A DNA stretch of 63,889 nucleotides, counting the filler, from Octopus bimaculoides (lineage: Eukaryota), in the NCBI RefSeq assembly GCF_001194135.2. It is 6 parts of 6 records of this genome, joined end to end, with 100 filler letters (N's around TTAATTAATTAA, not from the genome) between each part and the next. Parts side by side here need not be neighbours in the genome. Positions count along the whole stretch, not along the records: positions 1 to 12,905 come from NC_068985.1; positions 13,006 to 42,899 come from NC_068995.1; 4 more parts are not named here. One strand, written 5' to 3'. This document shows positions 12,085 through 25,227 of this stretch, piece after piece; position 1 is the first letter of the stretch, and every line of letters begins with the position of its first letter. Under the pieces are notes generated by a model, which did no database searches, was not told the DNA's origin, and saw nothing but the letters and a program-made list of their open reading frames with translations. The position numbers and the translations under genes are program-made.

Positions 12085-12850
12085 CATTATCGTTTCGTTT
12101 CTTCTCTTCGCTTTATCTCTACAACTCTTTGAATTACAAATCCCATTTAGAATTACGAATTTTCCTTTTTCATTTTTCCATTCTCGTTCTCCTACACATC
12201 TTCGTTACCTGCTCCCACTCTTTTTCATAAGTACCGCTTCCTCTCTCTCTCTCTCTCCCTTTATCTCTTTACACCTATCTCTCTCCCTCTCTGTCTTCCA
12301 TATCTTACTCTTTTTCTCATCTCCCTCCCTCGCTTTCATATCTTCCTCTTCTTTCCATATCTCACTCCTTTTTCTCATCTCTCTCCTTCGCTTTCATATC
12401 ATCCTCTTTTCTCAGTTCTCTTCCCTTTCCATTGCATCTCACAACGCGTTCCTCTCCTTCTGTCACTTCAACCTTTCCCTCATACACTTTTCATTTCCCC
12501 CTCTTCTCAGTCCGTGTCTCCCTTCCTCTCACATCCTTCATCCTTTCTTGTTTCTTCCTCTTTCTCTTCCCATCCTCTCCCTCCCTCTGTCTCTCTTTCT
12601 CCTCCCATCCTCTGTCTCTCTTTCTCCTCCCCTCCTCTCCTTCACTGTCTCTTTCTCTCCCCCTCCTCTACCTCCCTCAGTCTCTCTAACACCCCCTCTC
12701 TTCCTCCTATCACCCTCTCTTTTTCCTTCATATCTCACTCTCTGTTTCCTTCATATCTCCCTCTCTCTTTCCCTATTCCCCCCCCCCTCTGTGTTTCTTC
12801 GTTTCTACCTCCCGCTATCTTTCACTTCCTCTCTATCCTCTACTCCCCTT
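12085..12850. repeat. CT-rich low-complexity tract with an internal ~56 bp tandem duplication
   Basis: (CT)n/(CCT)n-rich; unit catatct(t/c)actc...cgctttcatatc at about 12299 and 12356. Confidence 0.85.
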
Positions 12851-12905
12851 CTGAGCTTAAAAAACGAAGATGGCACCAAAGTGGGAAAAGAAAGAGTTAG
12901 ATCTT

Positions 12906-13005
12906 NNNNNNNNNNNNNNNNNNNNNNNNNNNNNNNNNNNNNNNNNNNNTTAATTAATTAANNNNNNNNNNNNNNNNNNNNNNNNNNNNNNNNNNNNNNN
13001 NNNNN
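12906..13005. other. Assembly gap with TTAATTAATTAA linker (also near 42944, 53892, 59705, 61357)
   Basis: Identical 12-mer between N runs at five places; it contains stops in all six frames, typical of an artificial contig joiner. Confidence 0.9.
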
Positions 13006-13243
13006 TGAGGATGTGGGGTAGGGTGGGGATGTGGGGTAGGGTGAGAATGTTGGTTAGGGTGAGGATGTGGGGGTGAGGTGTGGAAGGAGGGGTATCAATG
13101 AAGAGAGGAAGTAGGTGTCAGATGAAAAGAGGAGAGGTTGGGAGTTGAGCTCATATGGGGCAAAGGAGCGAAGAGAATTCCTGTTCACAGCGAAGGCGGG
13201 AATCCGGATGGCCTCTGTGCAAAGACAATCCGAACACAGACAT

Positions 13244-13297
<54 letters not shown>

Positions 13298-13298
13298 C

Positions 13299-13691
13299 TG
13301 TTTAACATGTTTCAGTCATTTGACTGTGGCCATGCTGGAGCACCGCCATTAGTCGGGCAAATCGACCCCAGGACTTATTCTTTTTAAGCCTAGTACTTAT
13401 TCTATCGGTCTCTTTTGCCGAACCGCTAAGTTACTGGGACGTAAACACACCAGCATCGGTTGTCAAGCGATGTTGTGGGGGAGACAAACACAGACACACA
13501 AACACACATATATATACATAAACATATATACGACGGGCTTCTATCAGTTTCCGTCTACCAAATTCACTCACAAGGCTTGGTCGGCCCGAGGGTACAGTAG
13601 AAGAAACTTGCCCAAGGTGCCACGCAGTGGGACTGAACCCGGAACCATGTAGTTGGTAAGCAAGCTACTTACCACACATCCACTCCTGCGT
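13299..13691 (-). mobile_element. tRNA-derived SINE, family A
   Basis: Minus head cgcaggagtggatgtgtggtaag...ggttcagtccc (A/B boxes); near-identical architecture at 54257-54646. Confidence 0.9.
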
Positions 13692-14444
13692 CNNNNNNNN
13701 NNNNNNNNNNNNNNNNNNNNNNNNNNNNNNNNNNNNNNNNNNNNNNNNNNNNNNNNNNNNNNNNNNNNNNNNNNNNNNNNNNNNNNNNNNNNNNNNNNNN
13801 NNNNNNNNNNNNNNNNNNNNNNNNNNNNNNNNNNNNNNNNNNNNNNNNNNNNNNNNNNNNNNNNNNNNNNNNNNNNNNNNNNNNNNNNNNNNNNNNNNNN
13901 NNNNNNNNNNNNNNNNNNNNNNNNNNNNNNNNNNNNNNNNNNNNNNNNNNNNNNNNNNNNNNNNNNNNNNNNNNNNNNNNNNNNNNNNNNNNNNNNNNNN
14001 NNNNNNNNNNNNNNNNNNNNNNNNNNNNNNNNNNNNNNNNNNNNNNNNNNNNNNNNNNNNNNNNNNNNNNNNNNNNNNNNNNNNNNNNNNNNNNNNNNNN
14101 NNNNNNNNNNNNNNNNNNNNNNNNNNNNNNNNNNNNNNNNNNNNNNNNNNNNNNNNNNNNNNNNNNNNNNNNNNNNNNNNNNNNNNNNNNNNNNNNNNNN
14201 NNNNNNNNNNNNNNNNNNNNNNNNNNNNNNNNNNNNNNNNNNNNNNNNNNNNNNNNNNNNNNNNNNNNNNNNNNNNNNNNNNNNNNNNNNNNNNNNNNNN
14301 NNNNNNNNNNNNNNNNNNNNNNNNNNNNNNNNNNNNNNNNNNNNNNNNNNNNNNNNNNNNNNNNNNNNNNNNNNNNNNNNNNNNNNNNNNNNNNNNNNNN
14401 NNNNNNNNNNNNNNNNNNNNNNNNNNNNNNNNNNNNNNNNNNNN

Positions 14445-15100
14445 GGGAAAACGGCGGCCGAAACAGCTGTCATGCTTCAAACTGCTTACAAAGATGCTGA
14501 CATGAGCAAAACACAAGTTTACGAGTACTTTCCACGCTTTAGGGATGGTAACTTATCGCTTGAAGACTAATCTCGTACAGAGTGACCGTCGACCTCCCGA
14601 ACGAATGAAAACATCTTGAAAATTCATGAACTAATCTTGGAGGACCATCACCGAACAATTGATGAACTTGTTGATATGACTGGTGTGTCCTGGAGCTCCT
14701 GCTAACGAATTTTGAGTGAGGAATTGCGAATGACAAAAGTTGCAACAAAATTTGTACCTCGCTTGCTCACGGAAGATCAAAAGCAGTTACAGCTAAATGC
14801 GTATCGTAAACTGAAAGAACAGCTGGAAGTTGAACTGGACCTTCTGTTAAAAGTCATTACTGGTGATGAAAGCTGGCGCTACGGAATTTGCAGATGTTGA
14901 AGAAGTGAAGAAAAAAGCGACGGAGGCGTTGAAAGGCATCACTTTGCAAGAGTTCCAGCACTGCTTCGGACAGTGAAAAATGCGTCCGGTCCGAAGCATT
15001 GCGTCAAACAGAGAATACTTTGAAGGTGAAAAAGTGTAAACATGTAAAACTAGGTGAATAAAATATTTCAAAATTCCGGTTTCCTTGGGGTACCCCTTCG
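14445..15100 (+). mobile_element. Mariner-family transposon, internally deleted, left end in gap
   Basis: GKTAAETAVMLQTAY, KFVPRLLTEDQK, VITGDESW joined to the C-terminal RFADVEEVKKKATEALKGI...EYFEG; right end aaattccggtttccttggggtaccccttcg. Confidence 0.88.
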
Positions 15101-15365
15101 TGTTTAAACACTAAAGTAAAACCAAAGCATTGATAATAGAGTGAATTGCATTATAACGAACACCTGAGGAACACAACGAATTTTTGTAGATGTAATATGA
15201 TGGTACGGAAAAACAAAAAAGAGTAAGAGACAGAAATTATCCCTTTACGGAAGACAAGGCTCGAAGAGAACTTAGGACTTCAGCAGAAACATTTCAATAG
15301 AATTGGTGGAGGTGCTTATTGGTCTACAATTCGGAGGCCGGGATTTTATAATAAAAAGGGAATTA

Positions 15366-15596
15366 GTGCAGCATTCGGCAAATCTTTTCTACTAAAGCCA
15401 CAAGGCATGAAATTTGTGGGGAGGGAACAAATCGAGTACATTGATCCCAGTGTCTCACTGGTACCTGATTTGTCGACCCCGAAAGGATGAAAGACGAAGT
15501 CGACCTCGCCGAAATTTGGACTCAAAAGGTAAAAACGGGCGAAATGCCTCTACGCATTTTGGCTGGCATGCTAACGATTCTGCCAGCTCGCCGCCT
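15366..15596 (-). mobile_element. tRNA-derived SINE, family B
   Basis: Minus head ggcggcgagctggcagaatcgttagc; core catcctttcggggtcgac shared with 60274-60505; different 3' tail. Confidence 0.85.
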
Positions 15597-16039
15597 TAAA
15601 ATAATGACAAGGGAATTAACTCTAAAAAATAAAGTAGAATTATCTTTCTTGTATGCTTTCTTACTAAATATATTTTCGTAAAATACATTCAATTCGTTTG
15701 TTTTTAACTAAAATAAACTCCGAAAATATGATAAAATTTCCTTGGCAGAAATGAAAAAAAAAAGGATAGCAATTTGAAGTTTTTTCACATTATGTATTTT
15801 GTTTAATCCAAGTAACTCCATAATATACATTTCCTTTTTCAACAATTTTCCAGTTGATATTTATAGGAACATCTTCCAAACTCCGTGTCCGAAATAGTTT
15901 TACGCAACATAATGACTGGGAGATATTTATCTGTTATTGCTATATATTTAACAGCATTGCCTGTTTGGGGATAGCTAAGACCTATCTTTTTAGGTAAGGT
16001 GCAATATATATGACACATGTAAAACAGATTCTACTCTAA

Positions 16040-16670
16040 CAACTCAACCATATATCATACATGATAGAGAAGGCGGCTGAAGAACCTGACACGGGTGGGT
16101 CCCTAATCAATATACATCAACTCAAATCTTTCGATATGGTTAGCCATCTGTACCTGGCGGCGGTCCTGAAGACAGCCGGTTCCGGACCTATATCCAGAGG
16201 ACGAATCACTGCAATGTACAGCGGCATCTGTTCAGTGGTCACAGTGATCTGGGAACCATTTCAACATCATGCGATTGGTCCACCAATGTTACCCTCTCTC
16301 GTTTCTGTTGTACCTACTGACTTTCAAGATAGAGATGTTGATGGGCCCACCCGCGTGACCTACGATGTGGGAGATCTGTGTCAGCATATGCCGACGACGT
16401 CACCCTAGTGGTATCGAAAAATAAACACGTTGAAATAACTCGCACCATTCTCAAGGACTACGAGGTGGTATCAGGAGTGAAAATTAACCAGGAATAGTTA
16501 GTGGGCTCAGTACCTGGAGAAGAATGTCCACGCAGTCCAACTGCGTTGTTGGGCGCCCGACGGACGGACCAGTTAAATTGCTCAGAGCCTGGTTCGGTTC
16601 GGACCTCCAGATAGACAAAAACCGGGACTAGGTAACGAGCAAGAAGACTATTCCCACCCAGAAATAGTCC
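16040..16670 (+). mobile_element. Tx1/L1-clade LINE RT fragment
   Basis: QLKSFDMVSHLYLAAVL, AYADDVTLVV (16384-16410); homologous to 31600-32140. Confidence 0.8.
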
Positions 16671-16720
16671 GAAATATATATTTCGTTCTTTTCTTTGCTG
16701 TTCTTCCTTTTCCGTCTATC

Positions 16721-16768
<48 letters not shown>

Positions 16769-17689
16769 NNNNNNNNNNNNNNNNNNNNNNNNNNNNNNNN
16801 NNNNNNNNNNNNNNNNNNNNNNNNNNNATATATATATATATATACTCTGGGAAGTATTTATTGAAAATTTCGTTTTAAAAATATTCATTTTTCCGAAAGT
16901 TATGAGGAAATAAAACTGACTCGTGTGAGATTTCCGAAACTTTCTCCCTGCTCTCAGAAAAAATATCATCACAAGTTGTGATATGATCGCAATGCACCCA
17001 ATCTGAAGTATATTAGTCGAAAATTTCATTGTAAAATATCCAGTTTTCTGCAAGTTATGAGGTAACAAAGTCGAAGGACACAGATGTGGAGGTATACCAA
17101 GAACTGTAAATATTCTGTTTTTGTAAATAACTCGGGTTGAGCTTTGTGGATGGTTGAACAGTGAACAGTGTAGTTTGTTTATATATTTTTACTTTTTTTA
17201 ATTCCCTCACTTAACGCACGTGCCTTTAATTCAATCGAAACATTTGTTTATAAAATATGAATAACTATAGACGATATTAGCTAAAAAGAGAGACAAATAA
17301 AGAGGATTATTTTGTTTTTTTAATCAGGATGTACAAGAAGGAATGCGCATCCTAATACCTCGCATGAAGCTGACTCCAAATAGCACCAACCTTCTCAGTA
17401 AGGCTGGCAATAAATAAGGCACAGGAACAGATATTTAACAAAATTGTAAATAATAAACATTTAATCAATATATATGATTGACTTTTATTTTTTTAAATTC
17501 ATCTTTCATTTCCTTATATCTGTCAAACGTCTTATCTGTCAAACATAATACAAGGATGTAAGTAAGCAATACCTTATTAAATGGCAGGGTATCAAAAGAA
17601 TATTTTGAAACTCCTTGCTTGTGTTCAAATGTGTTGACTTATACCGTTGAATTCCCACAGGTCCTGCTTATTGTAATTATTATAATTGT

Positions 17690-19140
17690 TGTTGTTGTTC
17701 TTGTTGCTGCTGCTGATGTTATTTTTTGTTGCAATCACTTGCCGAGAGATACACAGCTCGTTAGGGCAAGTAAAGGATAATAGATATTACAGTATAACTA
17801 ACTTCTTTTATAATCTTTTTGAGCTTGTGGAAGGATGGGGTTCTGTTCAAAGAAAGTGTATATTCTTTCAGTTAGTATGGATGTGAGGATTTTGTAGGTG
17901 ATGTTTGTTGAGATATGTTATTGATTGGTAGTTTTTCGGCTTTTGTGTCTTCTGTTTTTGGTAGTAGGTATGTAGTTCCTTCAGTTAGCCAAGCAGGTAT
18001 TTGCTCTGGGTTCTGAATGACATCAGTTAGAGATGCAGCGAGATTTTTGTGTACTTCTGTCCAACAATTCAGCCAGAAGTTTGGGATTTGGTCCAGTCCT
18101 GGCGTTTTCCATTTCAACAGTCTTTTAGTTGCAGGCTGGTTTATAAAATGTTCGGTTTTATATTTTTGCTAGGGTTTTATAGCGTTTTTCGTCTTAATGT
18201 TTACTCCTCTAGCAAGTTCATCGAGAACTAATACATTCACCCCCAGAGATTCAATCTCTTTTCGTATTGCTACTTTCCACTTTCTGTGTCATCATAATAC
18301 CTAGTTGAGCAGTTACTACTTTAGCAGTGGAGTAGATGAGATTATTTAAGGTTGTTAGATCATTTCCTTTATTTCTTAAATTCTGTCTAAGAGCAAAGTT
18401 ATATATCATGATTATGTTGTAATTTTTGTGCTGTTTGAAAACTTTGGTAGCAGATCTCTATTGATCCAGTCACTAAACTCAAACTTGCTGAGTTCTCTCA
18501 TAATGTCTTCTTTTGCTTCTGTAATCTTTTCTCTATTATTCACTTCAAAGGTCTACGTTCTCCTCTTTTTCCACATCTCTGTTCTCCGCTATTCTTTGTT
18601 CAGCTTTCTCTTTGGGATGTACTGCTCGTAAACTGGGTTTTGTGCTTCTGTTACCTATTTCAGCTACATTGTTACTGTTTTCATTTGGTGTACCATGAGA
18701 TTTTGTATCTTAATTTGGTTAATTTCAGCGTTAATTTCAGTTAGTCTCATGTTCTTAATGATATCTCTACGAACATTACTTAATTTATTTACATCTTTAT
18801 ATCTACGTATTTCATTGCCCCCTAAATTTCTTGGGTTTAGTTGAGCTGTATAAAAAGCTTTCAAAACATCTCTATAATCCTCTCTCGTCCATTTCATGCG
18901 TTTTGCTTTAGGTGGTATTTTTAGTGGCGTCATTACAGGTCTAAGGTTAGGATTATCCTGGTTCTGTTTAACCTGATAGATCGTCTTTTTTAGAGTATGT
19001 TCCAGCAGTAGACTTTTCAATCCCAGTTTGGTTCGGCCGCTCTTGTTGTCCCGGGCGATGTCCGATTCGGTAAGTGTTCTTGCCGCTTCCATTTTTCTTC
19101 GAAGGAATGTTTCTCATATTGAAAATTGCATGAAGCTTAG
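17690..19140 (-). mobile_element. R4/Dong-clade RLE retrotransposon copy A: 5' end plus RT start joined to 3' UTR
   Basis: KRMKWTREDYRDVLKAFY (N-terminal), WKTPGLDQIPNFWL...WLTEGTTYLLPK (R4-type RT start), then a jump near 17815 to a 3' UTR matching 25270-25350. Confidence 0.8.
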
Positions 19141-19429
19141 AGATTGAAATTCAGCTGGGTTTTTTTGGGGTTTTTTTTTTTTTTTTGGTAGCTATGTTTC
19201 AGAGCATACCTATTTAATGATGTTTTGAATTCAGTGACTAATCTTCTATTTGTGTTCGTTTGTGCAAAGTTGCTTTGTTTTTTTTGTTTGGTTTTGCGTC
19301 GTTCGTGACACGTATTTTCTTGTGTGTGTACATGCGTGCGTGTGTCGTGTTGGCTTTATCTATATTGCTTATACATATTAAAATTTTGCCTCGAAAACAA
19401 TAAATTTGTTCCTTTCCCGAAAGTAAAGG

Positions 19430-21300
19430 CTTTTCAAATGCCTACAAAAATCACAGAAGTCACTCACTTTCTACCACCCACCCAAACATGGATTACTCCT
19501 AGAAAGACGACTAAAAGTTATGACTTCTCACATGAACATTCAGAACAATTTTCATCATCCAATAGGTTCCATGTTTTAAGTGAAGACTTCAAGCAAAGCC
19601 TCAAACGGTAGTCAGGAATCTAATGAAAAACAATTGCCCAAGAAAATCCATCACACTATCTAAACTAAAACATTCACCAGACGATGTCTCTGCCTTAGAG
19701 CTTGGATTAAGTTTCTGCCCAAGCACTAATAATTTCAACAAAAATAAACAAACTCAAGGGCTATTTCAGTTTGCCCGCCATCACAAGCTGAAGGGATATT
19801 ATTTTGAAAAAAATGATAAAAATGATGATATCGAATCTGACATAACTGGATTGAAAAGAATTCCAATTGGTATCCAGATAAAGTTCGGGATGGACGTTCA
19901 CAAGCACAATTAGAATTCCTTGAATCTTGTCAGACAGGCAAGTGGAAGATATCCTGGAATAACATCACAAATTCCCAGCGTTATGCACTCCGTCGTCAAG
20001 CTATTAATAATTCTTTTGTTATTAAAGTGGCGGATAAGGGAGGCACTATTGTAATTATAGATTAAAGTGAGTATATTTCGGCTTATGAAGACGTTTTCAG
20101 AAAACTCATATGAAGAATTACCGGTGGATCCAAACCCCCAATTACAGAGAGGAACTTGACAAAATGACTCTGGAAATGGAAAAAAACAATTTCATTAATA
20201 AGGCCGAATCCAAGATTATACGATCAGAAAGAATACCTGTATTTTATGGTCCCACAAAATACACAAAAAGTTCGAAAGATTTCCTCCAATGCGCCCAATT
20301 TACAGCGGATATGAATGTTGTACATCCAAAATTTTGGAGTGGCTGAATGACTTTCTACTCTCTGTCACAAAAGAAAATCATGTTCCTATATTCGGGATAC
20401 TTCTGATTTTGTGTGTAAAATCAACAACTTTTAAGCACCGAAGCCATGTCGAAAACTGTTTCTTGGTAACCATGGAAGTTTCTTCCTTATAACCCAAAAC
20501 TGACGACGATGAAGGGTAGAAACATGCATGAATGCCTTCGAAAAACGGTCTAACAAAAGTATTCCATCTAATTGTTTCTGAAGGCTTTTGAGGTTTGTGT
20601 TACAAAGTAACACAATAAAGTTTGGACAAAAGATTTTGCGACCAGACGATGGGTTGCGCCATAGATACCCCCATGACAGTTAATTTCGCTGTTTCATGAC
20701 GAAATTCACAGTTATTGAAGAGATTCAAATCCCTACATGGCCATGAACCAATACTCTGGTTACAGCTCATTGATGACGTCGTTTTTGTCTGAGAAGGATC
20801 ACATGATAGTTAAATGGACTTCTTGCATTTCTAGTTTTTCAAAACCTAGCGTTGAATTTTTGGACAGAAAAATATATTTTCTGGAGCGAGAATAGCGACA
20901 GTTATCTTGCAAGCCCACGTCATCCCACCGCCGCTCCGATCATCCACATAATATAATTCGGTTAAATCCGAGACCCCAGTTTTTGAGGATAAAACGAATT
21001 TGTACTCACATAGACGATTAATGGAAACATGCAAATGCTTTTGTACATTATTGTGTGAATCGCGGTTACAGTGAATCACGATTAAAGGAAATAGCAAATG
21101 ACATTGCAAAGAAAGTCAAACTTTCATAATTTTTGCAACTTTTGCAAACATTTTTGCAAACTTTTGCATAACTTTAGCAAACAAAGTACAATATGTGTCA
21201 GAATTCATTTAGTGATTAACTGGCACCGAAATTTCGCTGGCATTTCAAAAGTGTTACATGAAAATTACCAGCATGTTGCGGGAAAATGTCCTCGTTTCAA
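19430..21300 (+). mobile_element. Penelope-like element (probably Neptune-type) RT, degenerate, lacking GIY-YIG
   Basis: SALELGLSFCPS, IKVADKGGTIV (20022-20054), DGLAIDTPMTVNFA, LQLIDDVVFV; 3'-truncated. Confidence 0.85.
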
Positions 21301-23040
21301 ACATATTTGCCATGCAGAGGTTTTTGTCCTCACCTATCAGCCAATTGTTCAAACTCTTTTGGCTTTGCCATTGATTTCACCTTCTTTGCAACAACAGTTG
21401 CTGCACTTCCATTATCCTGTTCAATCTGGATATTATGCATGAACTCATTAGTAGATTTTTTTTACTCTTTTTCATGACAGAATAAAGCTTCATGCGTCTC
21501 TCGTAGTTTTCAACGAGTTTTCGCATTCAGTCGTTAGATGTTTCAAGATATTTGGCCAGTCCAATTGTGGTGGTTTTGTAAGAGATTTCAAAATGGATCA
21601 AGCCTCGACCTTCTTGGGCTTTGGGAAGGTAAAGACGATCTGCGTCTGTTTTTGGGTGGTGCATCTTATAGCAAGTCAGTAACTTACAGATTTTCTTGTC
21701 AATCTTCCTTATTTAGCTTATATTCCAGTTCGACACATTGAATAACAACTGAAACTGCTAAGTAATTTATGATTAACATCTTCCTTGAGCGTCTAATCCA
21801 GTCTGCATTTTCATTGTATGTCTTTTCATCACTCCAGATATTTTTCTAAAATGGGAGTGGGATCTTCAATTGATATTTTCTCCTGCGCTATTTCTCTGTA
21901 GAACGTTTTCACATTGGATGTGAACAGCTTATGTTGCTTGTAAAACTTGTTTCTCTTCTCAAATCTTAGTATTCTTTGAGTTTTTGCTTGAACTTTGTGT
22001 TACAGTGTTTCTCTTGTTGAAATCAGTTCTTCTCTTGGTGGGAATCTACATTTTCTCTTCATCTTTCTTCCTTTTCTGGATTTTACCCCATTTCCACAAA
22101 TTAGTTAATTTAATATTGATATTTCACCTCTCATCATTTCAATCTGTTTTTCAATTTTCTCCAGGCATGTATTGCTTTGTTTTTTCAAAGGCATACACTT
22201 GGCTTGAATTGTCTTAGCAGATGCGTAAATAATATTTCGTTTAACTCGGTGAGATCAGGTTTCAGTTCTTGTATGATTTCTATTGTTACATAGATGCCAG
22301 TTTTAATTTGTTTTCTATTTTAGATTGTATTTGAGAGTTTATGAAATGGTTCTCTATCATGCATATTCAGGATTTTCTGCTTCATTTCTATCATAGTCTC
22401 TATGTTCTTCAGTAAATGTGTGGTCTTCAGTATTGTTTCTTTATTAATTTCCTCGCTATCTTAATCAGGTTCATTACAATTAATTTCTTCAGACATTTGC
22501 ACGTTCTGATCACGTGTGTCTTTCAATTGAAACTTGTGGAGAGTTGCTCTCTTCGTCTGGTACTTCATTTCCTTTGTATCTTATATTTAGGTCATTTTCT
22601 GCTGCGCGCTTGATCGCGGTTATTTCACTATCTATGAGTCTATTATTTCTAAAGATATCCCTCCTAACATTTGCTAACTTTTTTTCGTTCAAATACAGCC
22701 TGCTGCCTTCATTTTGTGTTCTCCATATTTGATAAGAGTTGTGCGGTGTGTTTCTCTTCAGATGGCCTACATAATGCATAATAATGAGTGTATATTACTT
22801 CTTTATACTCTTCTCGAATCTATTTGAAATTCTTACATTTTTCTCTCTACAGTGGGTATGGTGGTAAGCTTGGTGGACTCGAGTTATGGCAGTTCCCGTT
22901 CAAGTGACCATCCAGGTTCGTATTCAGATGACTCTTAGATTCCAGATGACTTTTAGATTCCAGGCTGGCACTCTCCTGAGGAATGCGCTTCCAGATTAAA
23001 CATAGGACAAGCGATTTGTTATGCTGTTGTAAGTTTTCCA
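21300..23040 (-). mobile_element. R4/Dong-clade copy B: 5' end present, RT core deleted, 3'-truncated
   Basis: EKKLANVRRDIFRNNRL (homologous to copy A), NIWSDEKTYNENADWIR, then post-RT MHHPKTDADRLYLPKAQEGRGL and QKPLHGKY. Confidence 0.8.
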
Positions 23041-23074
23041 TTTTGTTTCGTAAGACATATTTGTGCTACATTAA

Positions 23075-23539
23075 AATGGTACTTTTTGGTTATCTCACCC
23101 CCATTAAAAAAATTGGCTTATCTCCCCACCGTTTTATGAGAAATATTGGTACTTTTGGTTATCTCCCTCAACTAAAAAATTGTTTACCACTACAGAAAAA
23201 AAAATGAAAAAATTTATAAACAAGGAAAGTTAAAAGATGAAACATCGTATTGAATCTGATAATATTTTTATAACAAATCATACAAAAATGAAAAATCAAT
23301 AAGCATGAATACTGAAAAAACTAAACATTTTACTGATTCTGATAACTTTTTAATAACAAATCATACCATTCCGATTGAGGAGGCCAAACGTCAAAAACAC
23401 GTAGAAGCACTGAATCAAAAGGATCCAACTCTTTTAATCCAATCTCTTGTCGCCACATAAACTGACTTTTTTAGTGGGGAGATAATCCAGTTTTTTAATG
23501 GCAATTTTTTAATGGGGGTGAGATAACCAAAAAGTACCT
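23075..23539. mobile_element. MITE-like element with ~55-65 bp terminal inverted repeats, possibly Kolobok-type
   Basis: ggtactttttggttatctcacccccattaaaaaa at 23078 and its reverse complement ending gtacct at 23539; TTAA at 23071-23074 and 23540-23543; a subterminal direct copy near 23145. Confidence 0.55.
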
Positions 23540-25227
23540 TTAAAATTATTAGTATTGAGCCCTGTGTGCCAGATATAGAGATGGTTGTTGTCTCTGCCAC
23601 TATTGTTAAATCTACTGTAGTAAACTCATAAGAGGCGGAGAGAGAACGTAAGTTCGTTTGCCCGAACATGAGAAATTATTGATTTCTCATTGGTTAAAAA
23701 TTACTGCCCATATACGAATTATGAACTTCGTTGAAGAAATCTTTCACGGGGTTACGGTTCTATGATTCGTGTATGAGTAGTTATAAAAACCCTGCTTTTC
23801 GGCCAAATCTCCAGTGATCGTTGGATGTTACTCAAGTCCACGACACTCACCCTTTTGAGTATAGGCTAATATATATGCCATGTTCAATACTCAAATCCGA
23901 CAATATTGAATTGTTGTGAAACCTTATTAGTTAGAATGAGAAACTAGTTAATAATAAATTTAAGTCGTAAATTCTCTACGATGAAATGCTTTGTTTCTAA
24001 ATTTCTATAAATGTAAAAATATGTATATAATAAATTAATGTAGAAACTTAATTCCTTTTACTTCTCGTTTCTTTCAACTTGTTGAATTTATTTCTGTATA
24101 TTAATGAAACTGTATTTTTTTATGTGTAACGGTGAAAAAAATATAATCTATATCTTCAACATACATGCACGTAATAAACGCACATTCAGCGTCTTGTCAT
24201 GTATACATCATAACATTTACGCAGCCTAAACTAAACTAAATTAAACTAAGAGTTATGCTTAGTGATAAATACTTATAATTAAGTTATAAGTAACGAAATT
24301 ATCATTATTGCTTTTAATTAATAAACAATAATATTCGTTATAACTTACGAATGAAAACATAAATAAAGATATAGTATATCTCACACTTCAACGACCTGTT
24401 GTGATAACAAACAACCAACATAAAAAAACTGGTGTCCGACCTGTTATACACATAAAACTACCATTAATACCATTATAATTACTTCAAACTTGCAATTACA
24501 ACATTGTTCATCGTTAGTAACTACCTTGATTCGTATCGTTGTGGCTAACCTTTGTAGCCATGGCGATAGTATAACCGTTTACGTCGTTGCTATTAGCTGC
24601 TGTAGAATTTAGTTAAGTTTGCCACGCTACTGTGTAGTATTATTAAATGTTGCTTAGTTTCGACTTTTGCTTCGTACTTGAGATAATCATAAATAGGTGA
24701 AGGTTGACGGGGTATAGTAGGAGGAAGAGAAGCAGCTCGCTGAACAGACAGTTAGATGCCACCAGTCTGTAAATAGGTTCAGCAGATGGTGACAAGGAGA
24801 TCAACGATAAGGCTTCGCATCCTTGTGCAATCGGGGAACAAAAGAAGCGGTCAGTAGAGGTCAAATGTATGTTTACTACTACAACGACCAATGAGAACGC
24901 TCACCTTGGCCTTGGAAACAACCAACTTGTTCTGTTTTAATTACTGATAGAAAAATAATGATATATACTGATATTTACACCGTTGAATTTTTCTTTTTTT
25001 AAGTTTTGATATGATTTACAATTTTCGTAATTGTACAGTTTGTAAATATTGTTAGTTCCTTATCTATTTCATTTTTTAGTATGCATTTGATAATGTTGTT
25101 GCAATAAAAGGTATGCGAGTAGTCAAGGAGAAAGGAAAGTTTAGATATTTACAGAAAATTTTACATATTAAAGTTTTTAACGTTTCTAAAGATCGTTTGT
25201 GTGTCCGACCAAAGAAAATTAGTGTTA

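Noticed and set aside
12950-12961. Recurrent TTAATTAATTAA as a biological motif
   Set aside because: Always embedded between N runs; a six-frame-stop assembly linker.
24643-24891. 82-aa ORF (also 42439-42639 and 53492-53713) as host exons
   Set aside because: No recognisable motif and no convincing paired splice sites; lengths are within chance expectation.
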